Source: Bacteroidota bacterium
GTDB lineage: Bacteria > Bacteroidota > Bacteroidia > Palsa-965
Direction: 5' to 3'
Assembly (NCBI GenBank): GCA_006218065.1
Contig: VBWE01000014.1
Span: forward strand, 70,364 to 134,363
DNA length: 64,000 bases
The notes beneath the pieces were generated by a model that had not been told where the DNA came from, did not search any database, and saw nothing but the letters and a program-made list of their open reading frames with translations. The translations under genes and the position numbers were made by a program. Positions 19,184-28,864 of the stretch are shown here, one piece after another. Positions within the stretch are counted from its first letter, which is position 1, and every line of letters starts with the position of its first letter.

Positions 19184-19895
19184 AGAAAAACATTTTGATT
19201 TTGCCGCCGGCGAAGTGCTGGCGATACACAAGCCGCTGAACTGGACTTCGTTCGACGTGGTCAACCGGCTGCGCTCGATGATCAAACACAAACTGAAGCT
19301 GAAACTCAAAGTGGGCCACGCCGGCACGCTTGATCCGCTGGCGGAAGGTTTGCTCATTATCTGCACGGGCAAATTCACCAAGCGCATCGACGAATACCAG
19401 GGCCAGGAAAAAGAATACACCGGCATGTTCTGCATTGGTGCAACCACACCCTGTTTCGACCTGGAGAAGCCCGTTGACATGCACTACCCGGTAGATCACA
19501 TCACGGACGAGATGATTCACGCAGCGGCGCAGACTTTTACGGGAAAGATCCGGCAGATCCCGCCGCATTTTTCAGCCATCAAGGTGGAAGGCAAGCGTGC
19601 GTACGATCTTGCGCGGGCGGGCACGGATGCGCAGCTGCAGCCACGCGAAGTGGAAATCACGACATTCGAGATCACGCGCATCGAACGGAAAGGACAGCTC
19701 ATCGAAGCCGACTTCCGCGTGGTTTGCGGAAAGGGAACGTACATCCGTGCGCTGGCGCACGACCTGGGTAGTGCGCTGGGCAGCGGCGCGTACCTCGGGA
19801 AACTCAGCCGCACGCGTATCGGCGACATCCGCCTGGACCAGGCGCTCTCCGTCGACCAGGTCAAAGCGATCATCGAAACCCTGGCTCCCCGTTAA
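19176..19895 (+). CDS. truB: tRNA pseudouridine(55) synthase
   Basis: KPLNWTSFDVV; KVGHAGTLDPLAEG; CGKGTYIRALAHDLG; probable GTG start overlapping the uppP stop. Confidence 0.96.
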   Translation: MPEEKHFDFAAGEVLAIHKPLNWTSFDVVNRLRSMIKHKLKLKLKVGHAGTLDPLAEGLLIICTGKFTKRIDEYQGQEKEYTGMFCIGATTPCFDLEKPVDMHYPVDHITDEMIHAAAQTFTGKIRQIPPHFSAIKVEGKRAYDLARAGTDAQLQPREVEITTFEITRIERKGQLIEADFRVVCGKGTYIRALAHDLGSALGSGAYLGKLSRTRIGDIRLDQALSVDQVKAIIETLAPR

Positions 19896-19958
19896 CACAA
19901 TGTTTACAAGGCTTTCCGGCCACCCCTGATAATTTATTAAAGTTTTTTTGCTTTTTAC

Positions 19959-19990
19959 TTGACAACGGGGGTACGCTAAGGATATATTTG
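19959..19990 (+). promoter_or_regulatory. Bacteroidota promoter for queA (TTG...TATATTTG)
   Basis: TTG at 19959 and TATATTTG at 19983-19990. Confidence 0.6.
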
Positions 19991-20083
19991 CGCGCTATTT
20001 ACCGGGGGGCAGATCATAACATATTATCGTAGAGGCTGATAATCCAGGTTTTTCCCCCGTACACCAAACAAACCGCTGTAATC

Positions 20084-21127
20084 ATGAAATTATCCCAGTT
20101 CAAGTTCCCGCTCACAAAAGATTTTGTATCCGAATACCCGTCGAAAAACCGCGATGAAGCGCGGCTGATGGTTATAAACCGCAAAACAGGGAAGATCGAA
20201 CATAAAGTATTCAAGGACATCATCAATTATTTTGACGACGGTGATGTCATGATTCTCAACGATACGAAAGTTTTTCCGGCACGTCTTTACGGCAACAAAG
20301 AAAAAACCGGTGCGAAAATCGAAGTCTTCCTGCTGCGCGAACTCAACCGCGAAAGCCGCCTGTGGGATGTGCTCGTTGATCCCGCCCGCAAAATCCGTAT
20401 CGGCAACAAACTCTATTTCGGCGACGACGATATGCTGGTTGCCGAAGTCATCGACAATACCACTTCGCGCGGCCGCACACTTCGTTTCCTGTTCGACGGG
20501 CCGTACGAAGATTTCAAAAAAACGATTTACCAGCTCGGCAATACGCCGCTTCCGAATCTTCGTACGGCCCAGGCCGATGATGCGGAACGTTACCAGACGG
20601 TTTATGCCAAAGTGGAAGGCGCTGTAGCCGCTCCCACAGCCGGTATGCATTTCAGCCGCGAGTTATTGAAACGGCTCGAACTGAAAGGCGTGAACTTCGC
20701 CGAACTTACGCTTCATGTCGGGCTCGGAAGTTTCCGCCCGGTAGAAGTGGAAGACCTCACCAAGCACAAGATGGAAAGCGAACAGGCCGAAATCCCGCAA
20801 GGCTGCGCCGATATCGTCAACGCAGGAAAGCGCAAGAAGAAACGCATCTGCGCAGTAGGTACTACGGTTGTCCGTTCCATCGAAACTTCCGTATCTACGG
20901 ATGGTTACCTGAAACCGTTCAGCGGCTGGACGAATAAATTTATTTTCCCGCCTTACGATTTCCAGATCGCCAACTGCATGATTACGAATTTTCATGCACC
21001 CGAATCCACCCTGCTCATGATGGTATGTGCATTCGGCGGATACGACCTGGTGATGAAAGCCTATCGCGAAGCCATGAAAGAAAAGTATCGCTTCCTGAGC
21101 TACGGTGATGCTATGCTGATCATCTAA
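20084..21127 (+). CDS. queA: S-adenosylmethionine:tRNA ribosyltransferase-isomerase
   Basis: [10 protein letters not shown]; RYQTVYA; [11 protein letters not shown]; LHVGLGSF; [10 protein letters not shown]; SYGDAMLI. Confidence 0.97.
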   Translation: MKLSQFKFPLTKDFVSEYPSKNRDEARLMVINRKTGKIEHKVFKDIINYFDDGDVMILNDTKVFPARLYGNKEKTGAKIEVFLLRELNRESRLWDVLVDPARKIRIGNKLYFGDDDMLVAEVIDNTTSRGRTLRFLFDGPYEDFKKTIYQLGNTPLPNLRTAQADDAERYQTVYAKVEGAVAAPTAGMHFSRELLKRLELKGVNFAELTLHVGLGSFRPVEVEDLTKHKMESEQAEIPQGCADIVNAGKRKKKRICAVGTTVVRSIETSVSTDGYLKPFSGWTNKFIFPPYDFQIANCMITNFHAPESTLLMMVCAFGGYDLVMKAYREAMKEKYRFLSYGDAMLII

Positions 21128-21137
21128 TTACACGCAA

Positions 21138-21851
21138 TTGAAATACTACGCGATCATTGTTGCCGCCGGCCGCGGATCGAGGATGAATACCCCGGTCCCC
21201 AAACAGTTCCTGCGGCTGGATGGAAAACCCGTCCTGCTGCACAGCATCTCCGCGTTCGCCGAATATGATCCGTCCATGCGCATCATCCTGGTATTGCCCA
21301 CCGACCAGTTTGAACAATGGGAAAAAATCAAAGCGGAATATGCCGTTACTGCCGATATACAGGTAGCTGCCGGCGGAGAAACGCGTTTCCATTCGGTGCA
21401 AAACGGGCTCGCGCTTATTTCAGATTCCGAACCCGCTATTGTCGCCGTGCACGATGCCGCCCGCCCGCTGGTCAGCCGCAAAACGATCAACACCGCCATC
21501 AAAGCCGCCGAACATTACGGCAACGGCGTACCCGCTATCCCGATCAGCGATTCCATTCGCCGCATCGAATCGGCGACGAGTATCGCTGTTGACCGTTCAC
21601 GCTACTGCCTGATCCAGACGCCGCAATGTTTTTCGCTCGAACTGCTCAGGCAGGCTTACAGGCAGGATTACAAATACACGTTTACGGATGATGCTTCGGT
21701 AGTGGAATCGGCGGGAGCGCCGATCAGGCTGGTGGACGGCAATACCGAAAATATCAAACTGACTTTGCCGATCGACATGGCGATAGCCGAAGCGATGCTG
21801 AAATACCGTTTACAGCACACGAACGACCTCAGCGGCGGAACTCATCCGTAA
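21138..21851 (+). CDS. ispD: 2-C-methyl-D-erythritol 4-phosphate cytidylyltransferase
   Basis: AAGRGSRM..PKQF; GGETRFHSV; VHDAARP; QTPQCF; TDDASV; TTG start. Confidence 0.93.
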   Translation: MKYYAIIVAAGRGSRMNTPVPKQFLRLDGKPVLLHSISAFAEYDPSMRIILVLPTDQFEQWEKIKAEYAVTADIQVAAGGETRFHSVQNGLALISDSEPAIVAVHDAARPLVSRKTINTAIKAAEHYGNGVPAIPISDSIRRIESATSIAVDRSRYCLIQTPQCFSLELLRQAYRQDYKYTFTDDASVVESAGAPIRLVDGNTENIKLTLPIDMAIAEAMLKYRLQHTNDLSGGTHP

Positions 21852-22985
21852 TTCTTTCCCGAGATTTTTGAGCAGGATAATTCCGGGCCGTTTTCCTTTT
21901 TCAAAACTACCGAGCGCGGGCATGTCCAGCGCGTCCGCGCCATTTTTGGTGGCCCAGTGCAGCAGCGTTTCGATCTCAAGATACGGAACGGCGGCGGCAA
22001 TCACTTTCAGTTCTTCGAGTACCGAAAGCGTATCGTTCGAGGCGAGGCTGTCGGTGCCGATGGTGATGCGCACACCGGCATCCGTAAAAATTTCATAATC
22101 GGGCAGCCGGTTTTCGATGTAGAGATTGGCTTTCGGGCAGAAGCACCAGTACAGGTTCGGAAAAATTCCGTTGGTGAAACGGATGTCGGCGGCGGTAGTG
22201 AACGTATTGTGCACGAGCAGCAGCGGATCGTCCGGGTTCATATTCGGCAGCGTCCGGCGAAGCGCGTTTATGCCCGGCGCTTTGAACCAGGAAATGTCGA
22301 TGCCGAGAAACCGGTACAGTTCCAGCATATCGCCCGTGCCTTTTTCGAAAAATTCATTTTCCGCCGCGCTTTCCTGGTTGTGGATGCTCAGCATTTTTCC
22401 TTCCCGGTTATTTTCGGAAATAAGCCGGAGCAATTCTTCCGAAACCGTGTAAGGCGCATGCGGAACGATGGTTGCCGGGTGATCGTGAATTTTCCCGAGC
22501 AGTTCCAGCCCGCCCTGCATCACCTGCTGCGCGGCTGCGGGATTCAGCGCCAGCAATTCGATGAAGGTATGGTACGCGATTCTTTTTTTACTCTTCTGCA
22601 AAAACGAATCCGCCGTATTGGAAATGTCACCGACCCCGACGATACCGTTCCGGTACATTTCGTCTTCGCCGTCGATGATGGCCTGCTGAATCTGCTCCGT
22701 GGTAAACTGGTTCCGCTTCGGTAAAAGTTCTTTTGCAAAACCGACGAAACCGGTATGCCGCGTAACCTGTCCGCGCAGGTGCGAAAGTTCGAGGTGACAA
22801 TGCGTATTGATGAAACCCGGGCAAAGCATGCCGCTGAAATGCTGCACCTGTTCGGGAACGGATGAAGCGGACTCCGGGTCCAGAAGATCGGTTATGGTTC
22901 CCTGTGCGTCGGTTACGAGAATTCCGCCGGGAACGATGCCCGTATGCGGTGAAAAAATATGATCGGCAGAGAAGAAACGCTGCAT
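21810..22985 (-). CDS. Metal-dependent amidohydrolase (SsnA/MtaD-like)
   Basis: PGFINTHCHLE; PHAPY; HNQES; GTDSLASN; ATKNGADAL; 42-bp convergent overlap with ispD. Confidence 0.9.
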   Translation of the reverse strand: MQRFFSADHIFSPHTGIVPGGILVTDAQGTITDLLDPESASSVPEQVQHFSGMLCPGFINTHCHLELSHLRGQVTRHTGFVGFAKELLPKRNQFTTEQIQQAIIDGEDEMYRNGIVGVGDISNTADSFLQKSKKRIAYHTFIELLALNPAAAQQVMQGGLELLGKIHDHPATIVPHAPYTVSEELLRLISENNREGKMLSIHNQESAAENEFFEKGTGDMLELYRFLGIDISWFKAPGINALRRTLPNMNPDDPLLLVHNTFTTAADIRFTNGIFPNLYWCFCPKANLYIENRLPDYEIFTDAGVRITIGTDSLASNDTLSVLEELKVIAAAVPYLEIETLLHWATKNGADALDMPALGSFEKGKRPGIILLKNLGKELRMSSAAEVVRVL

Positions 22986-23045
22986 AGTCCTGCAAAATTA
23001 GCAGGATCAGCATCCAAAAATACAATACCGGCGGATGAAATAGAA

Positions 23046-23360
23046 TTACTGCAGGATTTGTTTTGCTTCGCGAAGCAGGAACGCCTGCTGCAGCATATCG
23101 TTCAGCCGGTGAATTTCCTGCGGGGAAAAAGCGAGCAGCATATTTTCGTCAGCTGTGCGGATGTGCATGTTTTTCACGGGGCAGTCGGCACAGGACGCGC
23201 ATTTTTCCGACTGTGCGCGGATCACGGAAGAAAATTCACGGAACTCATGACCCGAAAAAGAAAAAACGACCGTTCCGAAAGCGACCTGCATGCGGTTGCA
23301 TCCGCCGCAATGCGCAGTGTATCCCCAGTCATCGTAATACAATACGTTAAAATCGCACAT
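23046..23360 (-). CDS. Small Cys-containing protein (DUF6686-like)
   Basis: HCGGC..MQVAFG...L.FS..EI..L..ML..A. Confidence 0.65.
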   Translation of the reverse strand: MCDFNVLYYDDWGYTAHCGGCNRMQVAFGTVVFSFSGHEFREFSSVIRAQSEKCASCADCPVKNMHIRTADENMLLAFSPQEIHRLNDMLQQAFLLREAKQILQ

Positions 23361-23526
23361 GCCTGTCGCGGGTTTCAGTTGCCGGGAAGAAAAACGAAGC
23401 CGGACCTGCCACAGCGTAAATGCGGGTCATGTGTTCGTCGGCATTCACGCCGATGATTTTGATCTCCTGCGTTTCCTGCTGTTTTAAAACGCGGATGAGT
23501 TTATTTTCCGGTTGCGGTTTTTTCAT
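23347..23526 (-). CDS. Putative 59-aa small ORF (below the ORF-track cutoff)
   Basis: MKKPQPENKLIRVLKQQE...; minus-strand TACATTTG box at 23543-23550; overlaps the start of the next gene. Confidence 0.4.
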   Translation of the reverse strand: MKKPQPENKLIRVLKQQETQEIKIIGVNADEHMTRIYAVAGPASFFFPATETRDRHVRF

Positions 23527-23678
23527 GTCGGTCAGCTTTCAGCAAATGTAGAACCGGCAAAACGCATGAGTCAATACGCCGGAATAGGTATTCTTTGGCG
23601 CAAACGATACCCGGTTTTGGGTACGATATTCATAATCCGCTGCTTTGCACAGATTTGCAATCCGTACCTTTGCACCTG

Positions 23679-24758
23679 ATGAACACCGCAGGCCAAAAGA
23701 ATATCCGCGCACTTTCCCTGGACGAGCTGAAAACGTTTTTCACCGAACAGGGCGATAAGGCATTTCGCGCGAAGCAGGTTTACGAATGGCTCTGGCAGAA
23801 ATCGGCGCACCGTTTCGAAGAGATGACCAATCTCTCGAAAACCACGCGCGACCTGCTCGGCCGGCATTTCGTGATCAACGCCGTGTGCATCGACAATTTC
23901 CAGGTGAGCCGCGACCGGACGATCAAAAATGCGTTTCGCCTGCACGACGGCAATATCGTGGAAGGCGTACTGATTCCTACCGAAACGCGGATGACCGCCT
24001 GCATTTCTTCGCAGGTCGGCTGCAGCCTCACCTGTAAATTCTGCGCAACCGGCAGGCTGGCCCGGCTCCGCAACCTCGACGCCGATGAAATCGTGGACCA
24101 GGTGGTGCTCATCCGCAAACAGGCGCTGGAACGTTACGATCAGAACCTGACCAATATCGTGTACATGGGTATGGGCGAACCGTTGCTGAATTACCGCAGC
24201 GTACTCGAATCGGCCGAACGGATCAGCGCGCCCGACGGACTGGGCATGAGTCCGCAACGGATCACCGTTTCAACCGCAGGTATCGCGAAAATGATCAAAA
24301 AGCTCGGCGACGACGAAGTGAAATTCAATCTCGCGCTTTCGCTTCACGCAGCCAACGATGCGAAGCGGAATCATATCATGCCGATCAACGAGCAGAATAC
24401 GCTGGATGCACTGGCCGAAGCGCTCAATTATTTTTATGACAAAACCGGGACGCGCGTAACCTTCGAGTTCATCGTGTTCCGCGATTTCAACGACAGCACG
24501 CAGGATGCACTCGAACTGGCAGCCTACTGCAAAAAAGTTCCCGCCAAAGTGAACATCATCGAATACAACCCGATCGATGACGGCGAATTCCAGCAAACCA
24601 CATCCGCGCGGCTGGATAATTTCAAGGAAGTGCTCGAAAGCAAGAACGTGATCGTCAACGTGCGGCGCAGCCGCGGAAAAGATATCGATGCCGCCTGCGG
24701 ACAGCTCGCCAATAAAAACGACGCGATGCGGAAAACGGAAGTGAAGAGGAAAGATTGA
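23679..24758 (+). CDS. rlmN: 23S rRNA (adenine2503-C2) methyltransferase, radical SAM
   Basis: CISSQVGCSLTCKFCATG; MGMGEP; SLHA; DIDAACGQL; TACCTTTG box at 23665-23672. Confidence 0.97.
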   Translation: MNTAGQKNIRALSLDELKTFFTEQGDKAFRAKQVYEWLWQKSAHRFEEMTNLSKTTRDLLGRHFVINAVCIDNFQVSRDRTIKNAFRLHDGNIVEGVLIPTETRMTACISSQVGCSLTCKFCATGRLARLRNLDADEIVDQVVLIRKQALERYDQNLTNIVYMGMGEPLLNYRSVLESAERISAPDGLGMSPQRITVSTAGIAKMIKKLGDDEVKFNLALSLHAANDAKRNHIMPINEQNTLDALAEALNYFYDKTGTRVTFEFIVFRDFNDSTQDALELAAYCKKVPAKVNIIEYNPIDDGEFQQTTSARLDNFKEVLESKNVIVNVRRSRGKDIDAACGQLANKNDAMRKTEVKRKD

Positions 24759-24765
24759 GTGCTGC

Positions 24766-24821
24766 CAGGTCTCGGCTACCCCGCCTCCCAAAGTTATACG
24801 GCGGGCAGGCGCTCGACCTGA
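24766..24821. repeat. REP copy interrupted by a 30-bp CCCGCC...GGCGGGCAGG insert
   Basis: Removing 24780-24809 restores GGTCTCGGCTACCGCTCGACCTGA (1 mismatch to the 6511 copy). Confidence 0.75.
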
Positions 24822-24908
24822 TGAGATCGTTTAACTTTTATTTCCGACTATCGTTCGGGCTGACGAATCCTTATACATACAAGTCCGAAAGCAGCAAACA
24901 ACAGACAG

Positions 24909-25013
24909 GTAGTCATTGCGAGCGAAGTATTCCGCTCGCTTTGCTTTTATGTAGAGACTCACGCAGCGAAGCAATCGCTTCCGAAGGTGTAACGCTGCGC
25001 TCGCAATGACTAC
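24909..25013. repeat. GTCATTGCGAGCG...CGAAGCAATC...CGCTCGCAATGAC palindromic element
   Basis: Perfect 16-bp IR 24909-24924/24998-25013. Confidence 0.8.
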
Positions 25014-25080
25014 AATCTGTTTTCCGCTGCACAGTAATTTGTTCATTCGCTTTTTCCGCTGTGCAATGATTACAATCTGA

Positions 25081-26685
25081 TCAATTCGAATATTGTATCT
25101 TATTAAAGAAAAACACCGTCCGTTTTTTCTTTCCGCCTTTGCCTTTTTCTTCCGTGTTTTTGATGCGCTGGTAGCCCCAGGTCACAAAATAATTGTCGTA
25201 CCAGAAAGCCATGTCGCTGTCGTAGTTCGATCGTACTTTATCGCCTTCTTTGTTCGTTTCGATCGGCGTGGACGATTTGTTGTCGATCACTTCGCTGCCC
25301 TGGATGATTTTACTGTGGATGGCGCCGCCGTAAGCGTATGCCAGTACGAGTTCCTTTTCCTGCGGCAGTACACGTACGCGTTCCTTCAGGTTGAAAGTTA
25401 AAATGTTCCAGATCTCGAATGTATTATCCCAGAGCATGTTCCCGCTTTTGTCGAATCCGCAAACGATCGCGTGCGTGTATCGCCAGCCGTCGAATACCTG
25501 GCGGGTGCGCGTAACGGGTTTCCCGTTTACGTACTCGGTATAAAACTCCGTATGGTATTCCGGGTAATAGGCTTCGGCAACCATGATGTACTGATCGTTG
25601 TATTCGAGTACATCATGAACCAGCAACTGGTAATTCACATCCAGTGTTTGTCCTTGTTCACTTTTTTTCCGGGCGCGTTTTTTCATCTTCATGGCTTTGC
25701 GCGCGGAATAATTCGCTTCAATGTATTTCCAGAAACTTTTCAATTCCGAAAACGCATAGTATTTGATGAATTCCTGTTCTTCGCCCTTGGCTTTGGTGAT
25801 GTAAAGCCCGTCGGAATACGGCGAAACAACAACCTGTTTGCCGCTTGTCGAGGCCTGGGAATAGGTGCCGACAATCAGTTTTTCCTTGTTTTTAAGATTG
25901 GAAACATGCGCGTTCAGCGGCAGGTTTGCACCCTGGGGATCGAGGCGGAGTTCGCTTTTCGGACCGCCGTTCGCGTAAAATTCTTTTACATCGAGGTCGA
26001 AGGTTTTTTTGTCGGGATGGCTCGCGATCACCGCGTCAAACGTTTTCTGTTCGGTGTCTTTCGAAATATCGGTTACGCTGCACTGTCCTTTGTATTTCAG
26101 TTTGGCCAGTTCGCTGTTCTGCGCGGCAAGGTCGGTGTGCATGAGCAGCGGCGTAGTATTTACCGCGCTGCGCGCAAGTCCGCAGGTATATCCGTACAGG
26201 CACATCTGGAACCAGGAAGGAACCGTACTTCCGCCCCAGAACGCATCGTCGCCCATCGCTTTGAAATCGGTAACGCGCATGCGCACGGGCGTTTTCCCGT
26301 TGGTGGCAGTAATTGAACCGCTGTTGATATTCAGGCGCAGCACGCTGTAATCGGCATTCCTGCGCGTGCCCATCAGGAGCAGGTACAGATTATCCATATC
26401 ATAATCGTACTTCACCATGGTCATCCGCGAACTTACGGCCTGCTGCTTGGTCCACACCTTTTTGAAATTCACATCGTACTTGGTGAATTCGATGACCTTT
26501 TCGCCTTTCTCTCCTTTTTCCTGGTTTTCATTAAAAAGAATCACGCCGTTTTTTCCTACGGGAAGAATATTGTACTGGTCGGAAGCCGAAGCGGCTTCGA
26601 TTTCCATGCGCATCAGGCTTTGTGCGTTCGAAGCGGCAAACGACAGGAAAAATGAAGCGGTGAATAAGAGGCGGGAAAAGTTCAT
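25081..26685 (-). CDS. Secreted hypothetical protein (beta-rich, propeller-like)
   Basis: Signal peptide ASNAQ; AEAYYP, FDKSGNMLWDN, WYDNYFVTWGYQ. Confidence 0.75.
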   Translation of the reverse strand: MNFSRLLFTASFFLSFAASNAQSLMRMEIEAASASDQYNILPVGKNGVILFNENQEKGEKGEKVIEFTKYDVNFKKVWTKQQAVSSRMTMVKYDYDMDNLYLLLMGTRRNADYSVLRLNINSGSITATNGKTPVRMRVTDFKAMGDDAFWGGSTVPSWFQMCLYGYTCGLARSAVNTTPLLMHTDLAAQNSELAKLKYKGQCSVTDISKDTEQKTFDAVIASHPDKKTFDLDVKEFYANGGPKSELRLDPQGANLPLNAHVSNLKNKEKLIVGTYSQASTSGKQVVVSPYSDGLYITKAKGEEQEFIKYYAFSELKSFWKYIEANYSARKAMKMKKRARKKSEQGQTLDVNYQLLVHDVLEYNDQYIMVAEAYYPEYHTEFYTEYVNGKPVTRTRQVFDGWRYTHAIVCGFDKSGNMLWDNTFEIWNILTFNLKERVRVLPQEKELVLAYAYGGAIHSKIIQGSEVIDNKSSTPIETNKEGDKVRSNYDSDMAFWYDNYFVTWGYQRIKNTEEKGKGGKKKRTVFFFNKIQYSN

Positions 26686-26711
26686 GACCCCGGGTTTTTG
26701 TAAATACAAAT

Positions 26712-27560
26712 TTACGGTTGTTTCTTCAGAATCCGGGCACGGATTTTTTCCTGGTACGCCTCGATCTTCCGCGCATTGTACTCGTCGGCCAGCTTGCCGG
26801 CATAACGCACGCCGCCGGAATAGAAACGCGCAGCCAGTCCAAGCCCGGTAGCCGTTCCTGAAATGTAATACCCGTCAAGCACCGTCCACGCGCCGTAAGC
26901 CAGCGAACCGGTTACGAGAATAAAACTGGTCAATCCGCGGATGGGTTTTCCCGCGTATACCTGCCCGAGACCGGGAACGATGATGGAAAGTCTCCTTGCT
27001 TTCGTTTTGCTTTTCAGTTTCAATTCTTTTTCGTCGCCGATCAGCTGCGTCGTATCAATAACAAGATGATTGAACTGCGCATAACGGATCACATGTTGTT
27101 TCGCCGCCGCCCAGTTTTCCTGTTCGAGATCGACGAGCGCCTGCAGTAAAAGGCAACTGTCGCGCCAGGAAGAATCGTTCATCAGCCTGATCTGCGTGAG
27201 CTGGAAAGCGGCTTCGGCTGCGTTGGACGATAAGTACGCGCAGAGCGCCGATTCGTAACGCAGGAAATACTGCAGGGAATCGGGCAAGGGTAAAGTATCG
27301 GCGCGTTTCAGGTTGCGCACGGCTTCGGTGTAATTGCCGGCGGCTTTCAGGCAGCGTCCTTTGTGCAGCAGGGCTTCGCCGCGGACTGCAGGATCAGCGT
27401 TCAGGAAAAGAATCTTTTCACAGGCGAGTGCCGCTTCATTGTATTTACCGGCAGTGCACAGGCTGTCGGCCCCCGCGAAGAGGTCGGGCTGCTTTGCCGC
27501 CGAAAACAGTTTACCTGCGTAAACGCTGCAAAGCAAAAGAAAGATCAGCCTGTACCACAT
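26712..27560 (-). CDS. TPR protein with C-terminal PGLGQVYAG membrane hairpin
   Basis: Signal peptide; TPR-like helices; LSIIVPGLGQVYAGK. Confidence 0.75.
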   Translation of the reverse strand: MWYRLIFLLLCSVYAGKLFSAAKQPDLFAGADSLCTAGKYNEAALACEKILFLNADPAVRGEALLHKGRCLKAAGNYTEAVRNLKRADTLPLPDSLQYFLRYESALCAYLSSNAAEAAFQLTQIRLMNDSSWRDSCLLLQALVDLEQENWAAAKQHVIRYAQFNHLVIDTTQLIGDEKELKLKSKTKARRLSIIVPGLGQVYAGKPIRGLTSFILVTGSLAYGAWTVLDGYYISGTATGLGLAARFYSGGVRYAGKLADEYNARKIEAYQEKIRARILKKQP

Positions 27561-28389
27561 AGTGTACGTCGTTTATTGTTTCACGGCGCTGCACGCGGAC
27601 GGTAAGCGCGCTGCCGTAAATATTTCCGAGATAAAAAACCGAGAACAGGGAGGCGTAGCCGATGAACCGCGCATCTTTTATGCCGCCTTTCCGGTAGGCT
27701 TCGAAAGCCTGCACGCCGAGCACGGCAACCGGTGTAAAAGCCGCCAGCCCGTGACGCGGTTTGCCTGCATATACTTTACCGAGACCGGGAACGATGGCCG
27801 AAAGTGCGCCGGCCACGAACGGTGATTTTTTTTTGATGCTGCGAAGCCTTTGTTCCTGCTCCATCAGCCGTTTGAATTCACCGTTCTCTTCGCGGTATAA
27901 TATTCCTGCGGAAGAATTATCCTGCACCAGTTTGCGAAACTGCGCCGTATCGTCCTGCAGCAAAGCCGCAGCAAGCAAACCGTAGCTGCGGATACCGGCA
28001 AGGGCGCTGTCGCCGGCGGAAACGTTATTGAACACGGATTCGAGTTCTGCATAGTTTTCCTGCTGCAGCTGAACCAGTGCATTACTGCACACGGCGCGCG
28101 TAAAAAAAACACTGCCCGGGGAAACTGCGTGGAAAGCGCGGGCGGCGGCATCTTTCCGGCCGGTTCTTTCCAAACTTTCGCCCAGCTGGAATTCCAGGCT
28201 GTCGTGCTGCGCGGGGGAAAGCGTATAACGATCGTTCATGTTGCCGAGCTGGAGCGCGGCGTCCCGGTGCAGCTGGTTTTTCAGCAGGTGATCGGCGAAA
28301 GCGCGGTCGGCGGAATACGCACTGTCCTGCGCAAAAATTTTTCCGGCGGAAAAAAGAAAAAGAAAAACCAGCAGCCGGAACGGGGTCAA
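27511..28389 (-). CDS. TPR protein with C-terminal PGLGKVYAG membrane hairpin (paralogue of neighbour)
   Basis: KKSPFVAGALSAIVPGLGKVYAGK; FYLGNIYGS. Confidence 0.75.
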   Translation of the reverse strand: MTPFRLLVFLFLFSAGKIFAQDSAYSADRAFADHLLKNQLHRDAALQLGNMNDRYTLSPAQHDSLEFQLGESLERTGRKDAAARAFHAVSPGSVFFTRAVCSNALVQLQQENYAELESVFNNVSAGDSALAGIRSYGLLAAALLQDDTAQFRKLVQDNSSAGILYREENGEFKRLMEQEQRLRSIKKKSPFVAGALSAIVPGLGKVYAGKPRHGLAAFTPVAVLGVQAFEAYRKGGIKDARFIGYASLFSVFYLGNIYGSALTVRVQRRETINDVHYVVQADLSFALQRLRR

Positions 28390-28853
28390 TGTTTCTTGCG
28401 GTATAACGAGGGTTCGTCTACGATATGATTATGCCCGTCGGTCCGCGAATTCGGAATTTCGGGCAGCACGCCGGTGGAGCAGCGCGTGAGCCGGTCGGCA
28501 GTGAGCAGGATGCCGCGCAGCAAACCGATTTCGCGGATGGCCGCTTTGCTGAAATTGGAACAGGTGCGTTCGTACAGGCATTCCGCGGAGATCTGCGGCG
28601 AAATCACGCCCTGGTAAACGAACATGGCTCCGGTGAGCATGAGCCGGACGGGATTGTAGCGCGCGAATGCGTTTTTCTTTTTCGCTTCCATCGGTTTTTT
28701 ATTATTCACCGAATCGATGCGGCCGTTGTAACCGAATTTCGCTGCGGAAGGTTCGTACTGCTGCAGCAATTGAAAATCGGATTGCGTTGTTTGCGCAGAA
28801 GCGATCCGCCCGAACAGCAAAAAAGAAAAAAATAAAATGATTCCTGCGCGCAT
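28386..28853 (-). CDS. YidD-like (haemolytic domain) protein with signal peptide
   Basis: YQGVISPQISAECLYERTCSNF...GILLTADRLTRC. Confidence 0.8.
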   Translation of the reverse strand: MRAGIILFFSFLLFGRIASAQTTQSDFQLLQQYEPSAAKFGYNGRIDSVNNKKPMEAKKKNAFARYNPVRLMLTGAMFVYQGVISPQISAECLYERTCSNFSKAAIREIGLLRGILLTADRLTRCSTGVLPEIPNSRTDGHNHIVDEPSLYRKKH

Positions 28854-28864
28854 ATCTTCAAAGA

